Source: Podarcis cretensis (Eukaryota). From it: a stretch of DNA of 64,000 nt. This document shows, in pieces, positions 25,040-37,055 of the stretch (position 1 is its first letter; each line of letters begins with the position of its first letter). Location of the stretch: NCBI GenBank assembly GCA_951804945.1, contig OX638162.1, positions 41,416,001 through 41,480,000 of the forward strand, given 5' to 3'. The notes under the pieces are model-generated. The model was not told the DNA's origin. It searched no databases and saw only the letters and a list, made by a program, of their open reading frames with translations. Both the position numbers and the translations under genes were made by a program.

Positions 25040-25722
25040 GTCCCTGGAGAACTGGCCAGATGGACAGATTGTCTGATATGGTATGAGGCAAGTTTCTGTC
25101 TTCTTTAAGAAGGAAAGGCTCCTCCAAAATTTCCCCCTGTTAGTGGGAATGTCTTGGGGAGAGGATTTTTCCATGGAGTTGGGGCAAACCTTTTGGTTCC
25201 TGCCCACCTTCTTAGCAACAGACTATTGTTACACCCCCACCTTGGCAACAGGCATTTGTCCTGAGTCAGTACAGGGTTAACATACGTGGAATATATTTTT
25301 ATCATAAACTTTTAGCTACAGGGATTTGATGTAAGGTGGTGAAGACAGAAAGGCTCTATTTTGTTATGTGTGTGCTATTGTAACTCAGCACACACACGCA
25401 CCCCCTATGAGTAATCTCCCAAAGCCTGCCAAACAGAACCAGTGTTAATTGCTTATGCTAGAATCTATTTGCTGCTGGAAATGTCACACCATAAATTATG
25501 TTTCATTTCTCCATCTGACAAGCAATGTACCCGAAATAAATTGGTCCCGTTTCCACTCTTCTCCCTCCACTCTGATGTCAAATTTATTTGCGGTATCCTT
25601 CAATTGATATCCACGGCGTGTATCGTGGGTTGCGTTGCTGTTGTTTTTTGGAACTGCAAAAAGAAACCCACAAAAAAACCCTCTAATCAATGTTAAAATA
25701 GCTGAAATGCTGTTAATAAGCA

Positions 25723-25756
25723 CAACAGCAGCAGCAGCAGCAGCAACAACAACAAC
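25723..25756. repeat. (CAG)n(CAA)n compound microsatellite, intronic
   Basis: caacagcagcagcagcagcagcaacaacaacaac. Confidence 0.9.
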
Positions 25757-28180
25757 AGAGTGTGGTTGGTGCAAACAGTCCAAGCAGGATGGTGCAATTT
25801 AGTAGATTTTGGGGGGATTAAAATTGCACTGAGACCGTTCTTTTCAGCAGTGGAAAGCAAAGCCAAGCCAATTGACAGTCTTGCTAGGGAGAGAAACGAC
25901 ACTTGTTTATTCACGAGTGTCAGGGCTGGAGTCCTAAACAGGTCAGTGAGGAAGGATGCAGATCTCTGTTGTCAGTGAAGCGAAAAAATTATTCAAGGAA
26001 ATGAATATACAATGCAGCCTAGTGGTCTCAGAAACCCTTCCCAGTAGGTCTTGCTCCTGTGGAGCAGTTGCCAGGACTGAAGGTCCCTGCCTTCCACCTT
26101 TTCTAAGGCTCTCATCTAAGAAAGCCAGAGTCCTGAACCCTCCTCGAGTGAGCTCCCGATTCTTCCTTTGAAGTCAAATCTCCTGGTGCCAGGTGATTGA
26201 CTGGTGAGAAGCCCCACCCACCTAGCAAAGGTGACCTAAGGAGGGTGGGCCTATTCTGCATCCAGCCCAACATCCAGATCCAGTTCTCCAATCCTAGACA
26301 ATACTGGTAACTGGGTGGACTAATGGGGCATAGGGCTATCAATGGTTACTGGCCATAATCGCTGTGTTCCACCTCTCCTGTTGGGGTCAGTATACCTTTG
26401 AACGCTAGTTTTGTGGAATCACAAGTGGGTGGGAGTGGTCTTGCCCTCAGCTCTTGCTTTGGGGATTCCAACTGGGGCCTTTGGTTGGCCACTGTGAGAA
26501 TAGGATGCAGGGCTGGATGGGCCTTTGGCCTGATCCTGCAGGGTTCATCTTAAGCTGCTAATGCTCTGAACTCGCTAAACAACAGCTTCCTATCTTGGCC
26601 TTATTTGCCTTTGGATCTGCTGCCCCCTGCGAGAAAGTGAAGATTCTGCTCTGTCCATGTTTCATTGTCCTAAAGAGAAGGAGGGGAAGTTACGTTATTG
26701 ATCAACCAGGCTTTTAATATGCCCAAAATAGAGCAAAATGAGAGATGGAATCAATAAAGATCATTTCCCTGAGTCTAATTTGAGCCTTTTGCCTTGATAA
26801 ATCCTCCCCCCTCCTCCTTTCTCTCACTTCTTTTTTTGGTGACATCCATGGCGTTTGTTATATTACATCAATATTGTTGCCTTTTCGGTTAATTTATTTC
26901 ATCTGTGACGCTTTAGAGGCCGTGGTTAACTGCCCGCAGTTACCTGCGCTTTGAAGGATTAGAACCTAAAAATGGATTATGTGAGATCAAAGCAGAGGAG
27001 AAGAGATTTGAATCAGGCTGCCTGAGCATCCATTCCTGCGAGGGTTGGCATAGTTTTGTTCCTTCTATCTGGAAGGCCGAGGAAATCCGTGCAGAGTTTA
27101 GGAAAGACAGCTCGATCCAACTGGGGCATGGGAAGCCTTATACGGAGTGAGGCTTTGTCTACACTGACTGGCAGTGTCTCTATAGGGATACAGAAAGCAG
27201 TCCCTCCCAGCCCTAACTGGGGATCAAACCAGGGACCTTCTCTTCACAAAGCGGATTCTCTCCCACCGAGCTGTGGCCCTTGCTCAGTGCTTGCATCAGT
27301 ACCTCAGAAGAAAGAACCAGAGTGTCCCTAGATCTCCTTGTACATCTCTGAACTCATACCTGTCAATGCTTATCCATTATATGTGCTAACAAAAGTACTC
27401 ATTTAGAGATCTTTACCGAAAACAATTGTGCACCACCAACACTTTAAAAAGGAATAAAGATGAACAGCATTGCGGTTACCTTAGAAATCTTGCCTTGCTT
27501 ATTACTGCAGGGAAAATATCCAGTAAATGCCGATATTACCTTAGTGTAAGGGAATTAGCAAGAAGCATGCGGTATAAAAACGTTTATTTGAGCAAAATGG
27601 CCAACAGAAAGTGAAAATTGCTTTGCAGCTTGAAACACCTGTGCAGAGATGTGAAATAGTAAAATGATAAAGGTGATTACAACTTATACAGGCTACCATT
27701 CCCCCTGGGGCCATAAACTTAAACTGCTTCTGGTATAAATCTATAATATATAGGCAGAGAGATGCCTTATATAGAGTTATTCAGGTGTTTCCCCCACCAC
27801 CACCCATTTAAAGTGGGCAAATTATTTTAATGATTGTTGCTGTTATGTATACAATGTGTTACAAGCTATTGCAAAACACCCTAGACGATACAGAAATCAA
27901 AATAAATCAGAATTATGGGATATTGAGGCCTTAGCTCAGGATAGGTTGTTATAAGAAGGCCTCCAAATAATTAGCTGTAGGGCAAAGATACAGAACCTGT
28001 GGCCCTCCAGATGTTGCTGGACTACAGCTCCCATCATCCCAGACCATTGGCCGTGCTAACTGGGGCTGATGGGAATTGGAGTCCAAAAGCATCTGGAAGG
28101 TCAAAAATACCTCCCTCTTCCCCTAATGGAGGCTGGTCCACTGCTGACCTCTCTATATAACCAGTCAGGTGGTGGCTCTG

Positions 28181-28843
28181 TGTCATGGACTGGCTGGATG
28201 CAAGGAGAGATGGGAGGCACCAGTTGGGGAACCTCCAAGAGAACTCAGATCCAAGCCAGAGGATTGGTGGTGGAACAACGATGAACGGTCAGAGAGAGAA
28301 GAGGGAGCAGACTGGGAGGAGGAGGAGGTGTTGGAAGCTGAAGAGGCAACAGGGTTTAGTGAGCAGGACGGGGCTGTGGCAGAGAGCAGTCCAGAAGCAG
28401 AGGCAGAAGCTGAGGTGGGTCAAGAGGCAGAGATAAGGCAAGCTGCTGAAGAAGCCTAGGAGTCTCCCCCTCTTACTGCAACCAGCTTTCCTCCCAGAAG
28501 AAGTATGAAGAGGGCGGAACAAAGAGAGACAAGACAAATGACAGTGAGGCTGCTGGGGAAGGAAGCAAGGGAGGAGGAGACTTAAGGAGCAGTGGGAAGG
28601 CGGGGATCTTCAGTCCTCGCAATTGCCTCATCGGGGCAAGACCTATTGGGAAGAGTACCAGTGGGTGCTAGCCACCCCTTCCTGGAAGGGGTGGTGGGCA
28701 TCAGTTCTTTAAAAAAAGGGGGGAAAGTCAGCATAACCAGCCCTTCCCAAGATATTGCGTCATTTATAGACATATTCTCAGCAGAGCTGGAGCTTTTCGT
28801 AGCCAAGGAGCCCTCGCAGGGCGGGCAGTACATCGAAAAAGCA
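28181..28843 (+). mobile_element. Probable solo LTR (Gypsy-type)
   Basis: Abrupt start TGTCATG, purine-rich body with a spurious Glu-rich ORF, possible CA end at 28843. TSD is not clean and the 3' boundary is uncertain. Confidence 0.5.
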
Positions 28844-29674
28844 CCTCTCTGCATCCACCAAATAGATGATCCTTGTATAACCATTTACTATTCACTGTGA
28901 TCGTGTTGATTATGATGAACTAATTAGCTGTTAAGTGATGTGATAGGTATTTTTAATAGGGAATTCATTCTAATTCCACAGTAATGAATGTACTGTTACT
29001 TTTAAGTGCTATTTGTTTATGCATATGAGTCGATGGAGGGGGGGGGGAAACACAGCGGGCTCATATGCTCCAACAAAGCAAGGAAATAATTGTGATTTGT
29101 CTCTGAGGGATGATAGCATCTTCATAATTAGAAATGTCAAAAAAGCAAGTTTGCTGTTAAGATTATTGGTCTGGCAAGATAGCTATCCTTGTAAATTAGA
29201 TTCCATATCGCTGTATCTCGCTTGTACATGTCGCGTACCAGCGTCCTGGTTATTAGGCGCTGATTTGTAAAACACAAAAATGATTTCAGCAATTGCTTAT
29301 GAGTATGAAATCCTAAATGAAGAGAATTATATTTTGTTCTGATGTTTTGGTTTTTTTAAAAAAAATTAAAATGCATAAACAGCTACTTTGCCGGTGCATT
29401 CTGGTTCCATATAGAATGCAGTTTGCATACGACTGGATAGTAGCCAGGAGAATATTCAAATAACAAAAATGACTGGGATGCTGATCAGACTCCCTATACC
29501 TGTGAAATGCAGGTTGAAGAGGTTAGTTTAGAGACCATAGAATCATGGAATTGTAGAGTTGGAAGGGACCCTGAGGGTCATCATCCCGAACCATTGGCCA
29601 TCCTGTCTGGAGTGATGGGAACTGGGGTCCAAAACAACTGGAAGGTACTACATTAGCTATCCTTTGATTTAGAC

Positions 29675-29925
29675 CAGGGGTCAGCAAACCTTTCAGCAGG
29701 GGGCCGGTCCACTGTCCCTCAGACCTTGAGGGGGGCCGGAGTATATTTTGAAGGAAAAAATATGAACGAATTCCTATGCCCCACAAATAACCCAGAGATG
29801 CATTTTAAATAAAAGCACAAATTCTACTCATGTGAAAACACACTGATTCCCGGACCATCCATGGGCCGGATTTAGAAGGCAATTGGGCTGGATCCGGACC
29901 CCGGGCCTTAGTTTGCCTACCCATG
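29675..29925. mobile_element. hAT-Charlie MITE (OC1/OposCharlie-like)
   Basis: TIRs caggggtcagcaaac / gtttgcctacccatg. Perfect 8-bp TSD atttagac (29667-29674, 29926-29933). Confidence 0.9.
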
Positions 29926-31825
29926 ATTTAGACTTTCTCCATGCCCCCCCAGATCGTGTTGATTAAGAAAATCAGAGTTTCACAAATTGGGCTAGCCACA
30001 TCACCCTCCACATCAGTTGACTGGATTTCTGCCGTTTCCCCTTTTTTGCTGCAGAGAATCACACAAAGTGCATAACCAGACAGGCTGAACAGATGCTGCC
30101 ACATTTGGACCAATTGCATTTCCAGGCCCAATTCAAAGTGCTGGTGTTACCCTTTATCACTGTAACCAATGGAAGTTGAAAAGCATTTCATGCATCATAT
30201 CCAATGCTAGTCCTCCTCAAAAGTAGTCCCATTGAAATTAATGCTTTTAGATGTTTCCAATCAGTATAATGGGTCAACCTTGAGTGGGCCTAGCATTGAA
30301 TACAATCCCATCAATCGCAATTTGTAGCAAACGTAGATTTTATAAAGCATTGTGAAAACTTCAAAGGAAAGGCAGAGGTGATATTTATAAGGAATATTGT
30401 CTTTTCCAGATATTCTGCTTTGTTTAGCAGCTATCTTGTCTCTTATCCATGACTCTAGAAGATGCTTTAAAATCATGCTTTGAGGGTGGTGGGAGCAAGG
30501 ATCCTGGAAGAAAAAGAAAACCACAACATTATAAAAAAAGACATAAGTACTGGTAGTGCAGTGGCAGAAGAGATCATCTAGAAATCCCCCAGAGGCAGAA
30601 TATCGGCTAGTCTGGAAAAAGATTCAGCCCAAGAGGTGAAAACAGTGATTGAAAGCAAGTGAGTAGGAGGGTGTGATAATGGTAAGATGGCTTCTGCAGT
30701 TGTTGCTCAAGCTGAGTAGCTGTTTTGTCGCCTGTGTTGTACTGTTGAAATCAATTATGCTAATTGTGTGAATAAGTGCTATTAAAAATAACAAAGGGTT
30801 GCAGAATTTAGCCCTACCCTGTGGTTCCAGTAATGCAGCTATAATGATCATTTATTGGCACAATCTAAATAAATAGTGTGTGGATCTGCAAAAGGAACGG
30901 CGTTCTGCTATGCCTGCTACCCATTTATCTTCGATAAGTGATGTACACAATGCAGCTGCGTAATGTGTCAGTAGGCAGAAACATTCTAGTATGCATTATA
31001 TGTTAGAGCATAAGAAGCTTGCCTTTAGACCAAGTCAGACCCTTGGTCCATCTAGCTCAGTGTTGTCCACACTGGCTGGCAGAAACTCTTTAGGGTTTCA
31101 GACTGGGGACATTCCCAGCCCTACCTGCAGATGTCAGGCATTGAACCCGAGACCTTCTGCACTCCCTTCTGGAGTCTTTGAATGTAAAGGATAGGATGTT
31201 GTGCTGAATGTGGTCCCACTTCTGACACCCTGTTGCCTAATTCATGCAGGTGTGGGTAATGCATAGCTGTCAACTTTGCCCTTTTTTAAAGAGAAATTCC
31301 CTTATTCCGAATAGGTTTCCTCGCAAGTAAAGGGAAAAATTGACAGCTATGGGGTATTTTGGCATGCGTGTCAACAGGGGTTTATAGCACCCCCTAGCAG
31401 GGTCCTTAAAAAAAACTCCACAGGCCTGTTGCAGCATTTCTGCTAATCCAGAGGGAAGAAGATGGACAGAACCAGCTAGGTTGTACTTTATGGGACAGCA
31501 CATAGCTAAGCCGCTTGCCTCCTAATTGCAACACAAAACTCACCAACTTCTATTTTGATGTCTTAACTTTCAGCACAGATATCAAAGGAGCTCAAGGTGG
31601 CATTCATGGTTCTCCCCTTCCTCATTTAATTCCCTCAACAACCCTGTGAGGTAGGTTAGGCTGAGAGGCAGTGACTGGCGCAAGGTCACCCAGTGAGCTT
31701 CATGGCTGAGTGAGGATTTGAACCCAGTCTGACACTCTAACCACTGCTCCACACTGGTTGAAAACATTCCAAAGTATAGTACATAGCAGTTTATGGAAGG
31801 CCACTGAGGCCTTTAGCAAAGGCAG

Positions 31826-31965
31826 GAATCATAGAATTGTAGATTTGGAAGGGGCCACGAGGATCATCTAGTCCAGGCATGTCCAACCAGTAGATCTTTT
31901 GCCCCACATCAGGCTTGAACCCACAGCCCTGAGATTCAGAGTCTCACGCTCTACTGACTGAGCTA
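31826..31965 (-). mobile_element. tRNA-Lys-derived SINE with CR1 3' tail
   Basis: Reverse complement tagctcagtcagtagagcgtgagactctgaatctcagggctgtgggttcaagcc resembles tRNA-Lys(CTT). Tail ggactagatgatcctcgtggccccttccaaatctacaattctatgattc. Confidence 0.72.
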
Positions 31966-32521
31966 ATAGGGACTACAGATCTTTTCTTACTCAACCAAGC
32001 ACATGCTGTTATCATTGTATGTGGCGCAAGTAAATGCTGCATAGGGGGTTATTGATCATTTAAATGTCATCCCCAAACGTACACCTCAGCTTCTAAATAT
32101 TAATAAATAAAAAACTATTAAGAGTAATTGCAATCCTGCTGATTCTCAACAACCAATTGTTTTAGCTCTATTATTATCTGCCTGTTCTTTAAACAATTTA
32201 GAAAGAAAAATGCAATTTTATATCGATCTTTTTTTCTTGTTCCATTAAAAGGAATTGATTTGCTTCCCTTGTATAGCATCAAGCTGAAATTAACCTGACA
32301 TTCACTGCTTGAGAAAAGAAGGCATCTTTTGAAGAGGTTGGGGCCCCCATAGTGGTGTTGGTGGGTGAGAGATTCGGGAACATGCTTTTCTTCACTACAG
32401 GAAACTTTCAGGCTGATCCCAAGACTCACTGCGCTGGGAGATGAAATGCTAAGAATAAGCTCTATTGAACACTCTCCTAGCGTAATCTCACCCAGACATG
32501 ATGACATGCAAATGCTGCCTC

Positions 32522-32900
32522 TAGGGGTGGGAGAACCCCTCAATTTTGGTTTCTCTCCGTTTCTTATTTTTCCCCCAACCATAAAGTTCTCCACATTTCC
32601 ACATCAGTTTGTGATTTAAAAGAAGAAAAAGCCTCATGAAAATTCATCAGCTTTGTAGTGTGACTGTCTCCTGATGTACACATGACTTTATGTGTACAAA
32701 GCAATCTCCTCTAATCTAAAAAAATATTTGTGTGTTATTTTCACTAAAATATGCATTTATTGAGCACATTTTGTACCCTTTCCTGGCTGGTGAACTGCAT
32801 TGCAAACTTCAGAGGTTTGTGTGCCTTCTGAAGGATGGCTGTATTTTGACTCTGGTATTGTAGATGTGCTTTCACACACAAACATTCTCCTCCATCCCTA
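32522..32900 (+). mobile_element. Old hAT-like element, same family as 24604-25039
   Basis: Termini taggggtgggagaa / ttctcctccatcccta and shared internal sequence. No TSD recognisable. Confidence 0.6.
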
Positions 32901-33845
32901 GTTATTGTTGCAATATTGTTGCCCGTAAACACACAGAAGCCAAATCATAGGATCTGGGTGCCAGATTTGACCACTCCAGTGGCATTTTGGTCACTGAAAG
33001 TTTATGATCAAACAGCCACTTCTTGTAATGTAGTCAAGTTTCGTTTTGGTTTGTTTGGCTTGGTGGTTTTCTACTTGTTTCTGCCAAGCTATTCCCACTT
33101 GCCGCATACTCTCACTTCAGCTGATCACTGCTGCTTTGCCTACGGAGGTAATTTCAAATGGGTCACCTGGTGTCATTGCAAACATCAGGTGATGGAGAGG
33201 TGGGAAGCCTTGCCCAACAGGGAATGGGGGAAGATAAGGATCAGGCCCACAAACAGAATCCATGATAATTCTCATTGGGAATATTGTACACAGGGAGGGG
33301 AGGTTGAACTCTCCCCCCCCCATGCTACTATTAGAAAGGGGAGTTCTCACTGGCTCCAACTTCTTTTTTAAAATGCTAGCGTGATTCCAAATGGCATGCT
33401 CAATGTCACATGGAATCACTCATTTTTAGGACTCATTCAGATCTAGCACTAAACAAGTGGGACTGGGCAATAAACGATGGTTTGTTAAAACAAGAGAGCT
33501 TCATAAACCATCATTTAGCACCATATCCAGACAAGGTCTTAACACTGGCCACTGTATATTATATTTTAGTAGCATGATAAAACCCCTTTTCGGAAACCAT
33601 CTTTCTGAGAATGGTTCATCCTCCTCCATTCAATGAATATTTTCTAACGTTTCCTAAGATAAAATGCCTCATATGAAAGAACAGAAATTACAGGGGTCTC
33701 TGATGTCCTGCTTTAAAAGATATTGGTTTCTCATTAACAAAACTGTTACTCCCAAAAACAAACACCCAACCCATCAAGGAAGAGAAACCTGTACCTCTCC
33801 AGATGTTGGGCTTCATTAGCCCCAGCCAGCATGTGTCAGGGGTGA

Positions 33846-33914
33846 TGTGAGTTGGAGTCCAACCACATCTGGAGGACCAGAGGATCTCCAGATGTGGTTG
33901 GACTCCAACTCACA
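33846..33914. repeat. Perfect 29-bp inverted repeat with an 11-nt spacer
   Basis: tgtgagttggagtccaaccacatctggag (33846-33874) / ctccagatgtggttggactccaactcaca (33886-33914). Confidence 0.95.
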
Positions 33915-34015
33915 GCTTATACCCAGAACAAACTTAGTTGGTCTCTAAGGTGCTACTGAACATTTTTTTTATTTTTTTATTTCTACTGCGTCAGACCAAC
34001 ACGGCTACCTACCTG
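33915..34015 (+). mobile_element. Penelope-like element (PLE) terminal fragment
   Basis: gcttatacccagaacaaacttagttggtctctaaggtgctactg...cagaccaacacggctacctacctg matches the reptile PLE terminal-repeat pattern as I recall it. A more decayed relative is at about 52760-52850. Confidence 0.6.
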
Positions 34016-34393
34016 CATTTATAGTTTGTTTTTTCATTAATAATCTCTCTGTGTGTTTGTACGTACATACATATTGTATCTATTTACACATTTTATATTT
34101 ATTGTGCCTACTTAATACATTTACTTTGTACAAAGATACAGTTCAAGGCTGCATTCACATGGAAATTTATTCCCTTTTCTTGATGTTTCCCTTATTACAA
34201 TATGAACTTTCCCATGACCTAAAATCCACTTCCATAAATAGAACGGAATATAACACAAGTTTTGCAAATTTCTGTGTTATTTGTTTCCAGAAAAAAAATT
34301 CATTTGCAGATAGCACAGAAAATGGAGCATTAAACTTGCACTGCATTCCGTAGTATTTCCAGAAGTAGCTTTTACATTGTGTGAAAGCTCAAA

Positions 34394-34654
34394 AAAGGTA
34401 AAGGTAAAGGTACCGCTGCCCGTACGGGCCAGTCTTGACAGACTCTGGGGTTGTGCGCCCATCTCACTTAAGAGGCCAGGGGCCAGCGCTGTCCGGAGAC
34501 ACTTCCGGGTCACGTGGCCAGCGTGACATCGCTGCTCTGGCCAGAGCCAGAGCCAGAGCCGCACACGGAAACGCCGTTTATCTTCCCGCTGGTAAGCGGT
34601 CCCTATTTATCTACTTGCACCCGGAGGTGCTTTCGAACTGCTAGGTTGGCAGGC
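34394..34654 (-). mobile_element. Sauria SINE, 5'-truncated, 13-bp TSD
   Basis: (aaaggt)n tail. TSD gtgaaagctcaaa at 34381-34393 and 34655-34667. Very similar to the 20675 copy. Confidence 0.93.
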
Positions 34655-35789
34655 GTGAAAGCTCAAAGTTCATGGCAAAAACCAATCCAAATGAAGAGAT
34701 TTCCTCCTCTCTTTTGAGATCCTTCTGAGTTCTTTTGCAAGGCAGAGTGGGGTAAGACTATTTTTCCTTCTTAATTCAGAAATACTAAGTTCTGTCATTC
34801 TTGTTTTTATTGGTGTTGCCCTTGGGAACAGATTGCTAAGGATGATAAATTGAAGAAATTGAGGCTATATAAATAGAGATTTATTACTTGCCTGTCTAGT
34901 TTGTCTGTTTTCTAAAAATGAATCATTTCCCCACCTCAAAAAAATAAATAAATAGGGGATCAACTAATGATTTCCAAACTCTCCAGTGTGTCCTCAGAAA
35001 ATGTTTGCTACTGCTTAAGTCTGATTCATCTTTTTCTGGCACTCTAATAAAATTATAATGCTGTGGCTTGCTGTTGTTTTCATCTGTGCATAGAAAATTC
35101 CACTCTCAATTTTGGTAGCCCTAATGCTGGAATAATTTGGTTTGAGGATCACCTCTGAAAAATTCAAGGCTAAATGGGGGTGGGGGAGAGAGAGAGGAAA
35201 TGAATATATGTATTTGAAAAGAGATTACCAGGTCCTTGAAAAATACAGAGCCACAACTATTTTGCAGATCACTTTAAATCACTCCTCCCCTGAGATGGAT
35301 GACAGCAGAATGAGGTACACAGGAGGAGAAAAATTGACCCAAATCCTTATTCTGTGCATATCAGGAAAGCTCTAGGGATTTTGGTGCAAAAGCAGCAACC
35401 GTTTGCAACAGCTGAGAGAGTGGCGAATTTGTGAGAGGGAAGTAGTGATATCTTTGCTTTTCTAAGCCTAATTTTAGACTCGCCCAACCATGTGCACACA
35501 CCTCGTCAGCTCCCTAGCCAGCTAGCAACATAAAGCTTCACATTCCGTTAGGTATTGCATGGAGTTTGCCAGCTAGCCTAATGGATCTTGCTCGCCCATA
35601 ACGGCCGCCCTGCTAAGCATTCAGTAACTGACAGCTTCCTCTCAGAGATTGGAATACTTGTGAACATTCCGTGACATTTCTGTTACATGACCTCAGCTAA
35701 GGTCTTCATGGGAGTCCTCCCCCCGCCCCATTTTCTTACTTCCCATTTAAAGGCAGCATGAGAGGGAATAGCAGGGGACGTAAGATCCT

Positions 35790-36033
35790 TCCTAGCAGTG
35801 TTCAAAATTCTTCCTGATGTATAATCAGAATCTCCTTTCTTGTAACTTGAATCCATCGATTCGAGTCCCACCCTCCAGATTAGAAGAAAGCAAGCTTGCT
35901 CTGTCCTCCATGTGACACACCTTTAGATATTTAAATGTGCCTCTTGTGACTCCTCACAGTCTCCTCCAATCCAGGCTGAACATACCCGCTCCCTCAACCG
36001 TTCCTCATAAGGCTTGTTTTCCAGACCCTTGGT
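35790..36033 (-). mobile_element. CR1 ORF2 3' fragment
   Basis: Reverse complement accaagggtctggaaaacaagccttatgaggaacggttgagggagc (KGLENKPYEERLRE). Confidence 0.8.
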
Positions 36034-36109
36034 CTGCACACGTTCCAGCCAGATGCCTCTGCTGTTGGATTCCAGCTCCTGTTTTTCCTTATTTTAATAA
36101 ATGTATATA

Positions 36110-36325
36110 CAGTGGTACCTCGGGATGCGAATGGGATCCGTTCCAGACGGTGCGTCTGCACGTTGCGTTTTGCTGCGTCCACGCATGCAAATGATGTCAT
36201 TTTGAGAGTCTGCACATGCGCAAGCGGCGAAACCCGGAAGTAACACACTCCGTTACTTCCGGGTTGCCACGGATCGCAACCCGAAAGTGCTCAACCTGAA
36301 TCACATTCAACCCGAGGTATGACTG
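36110..36325. mobile_element. Tc1/mariner (Tigger-like) MITE
   Basis: TA|cagtggtacctcggg ... cccgaggtatgactg|TA. Confidence 0.88.
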
Positions 36326-36882
36326 TAATGCTGAATGCCACAGTTTCTAAGCCAAACACAACAGAGGATGCAGGAGGGACACCACAGCACAAAAGCAGTA
36401 GCAATGACTGGGGGAAACTTACTTTAAATGCCTGCTGAAATAAGTTCAAAGCATGGGGAAGTTCAGCAGGGAGGGAGTTTCTGATCTCAGCCTTGAGGGA
36501 ATTCCACACACCCTGCAATGATAAGTGTGTGGTGAATAAAGGCCAAAGAATGGGTGCCACAAACAATGACTCCCAAAGACCTCAGGCAGGGATAGAAGAC
36601 ATCAAATGGTCCTCAACATATCCTGGACCCAAGCTGCATTCAATGACAAGGCCCTTTGCAACCAGCCCTCCTGCCAACATAGCCAATAGTCAGTGCTGCT
36701 ACTCTGGGGAAAGTGAGACCAGAGTCTTCCCTCCCAAGGCCATGTCTCTCATTGATGATTGCTTAGCCGGAAGGGAGGGGGGAGCTCCGCCTGCTGAAAT
36801 GTGATCCGAACTCGTCCCCTCAGCCCACCCGCCCTGGTACAGCACTCTGCAGATGCCCTGACTCTGTTTTGTTTCCAAACAG

Positions 36883-37055
36883 GCAAAGCCAACCACAATG
36901 TACAGTGGGATGAGGACTCCGTAGAATACATGCCAGCAAACCCAGTCAGGATCGCATTTGTCTTGGTTGTTCATGGCAGAGCTTCCCGGCAGCTGATGCG
37001 CATGTTTAAGGCTATTTACCATAAAGACCATTTTTATTACATTCATGTTGACAAG
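36883..37055 (+). CDS. XYLT1: Xylosyltransferase 1, exon 4, 173 bp, phase 1 to 0
   Basis: Acceptor ccaaacag|GC, donor AAG|gtaata. Translates (G)[57 protein letters not shown], with the GT14 VVHGR and HVD motifs. Confidence 0.98.

Noticed and set aside
28169-28459. Glu-rich 96-aa ORF
   Set aside because: Low-complexity product of a purine-rich LTR-like repeat.
33905-34015. Hammerhead ribozyme expected in Penelope terminal repeats (also about 52760-52850)
   Set aside because: The CUGANGA...GAAA core is absent. Both fragments are truncated or decayed at that point.
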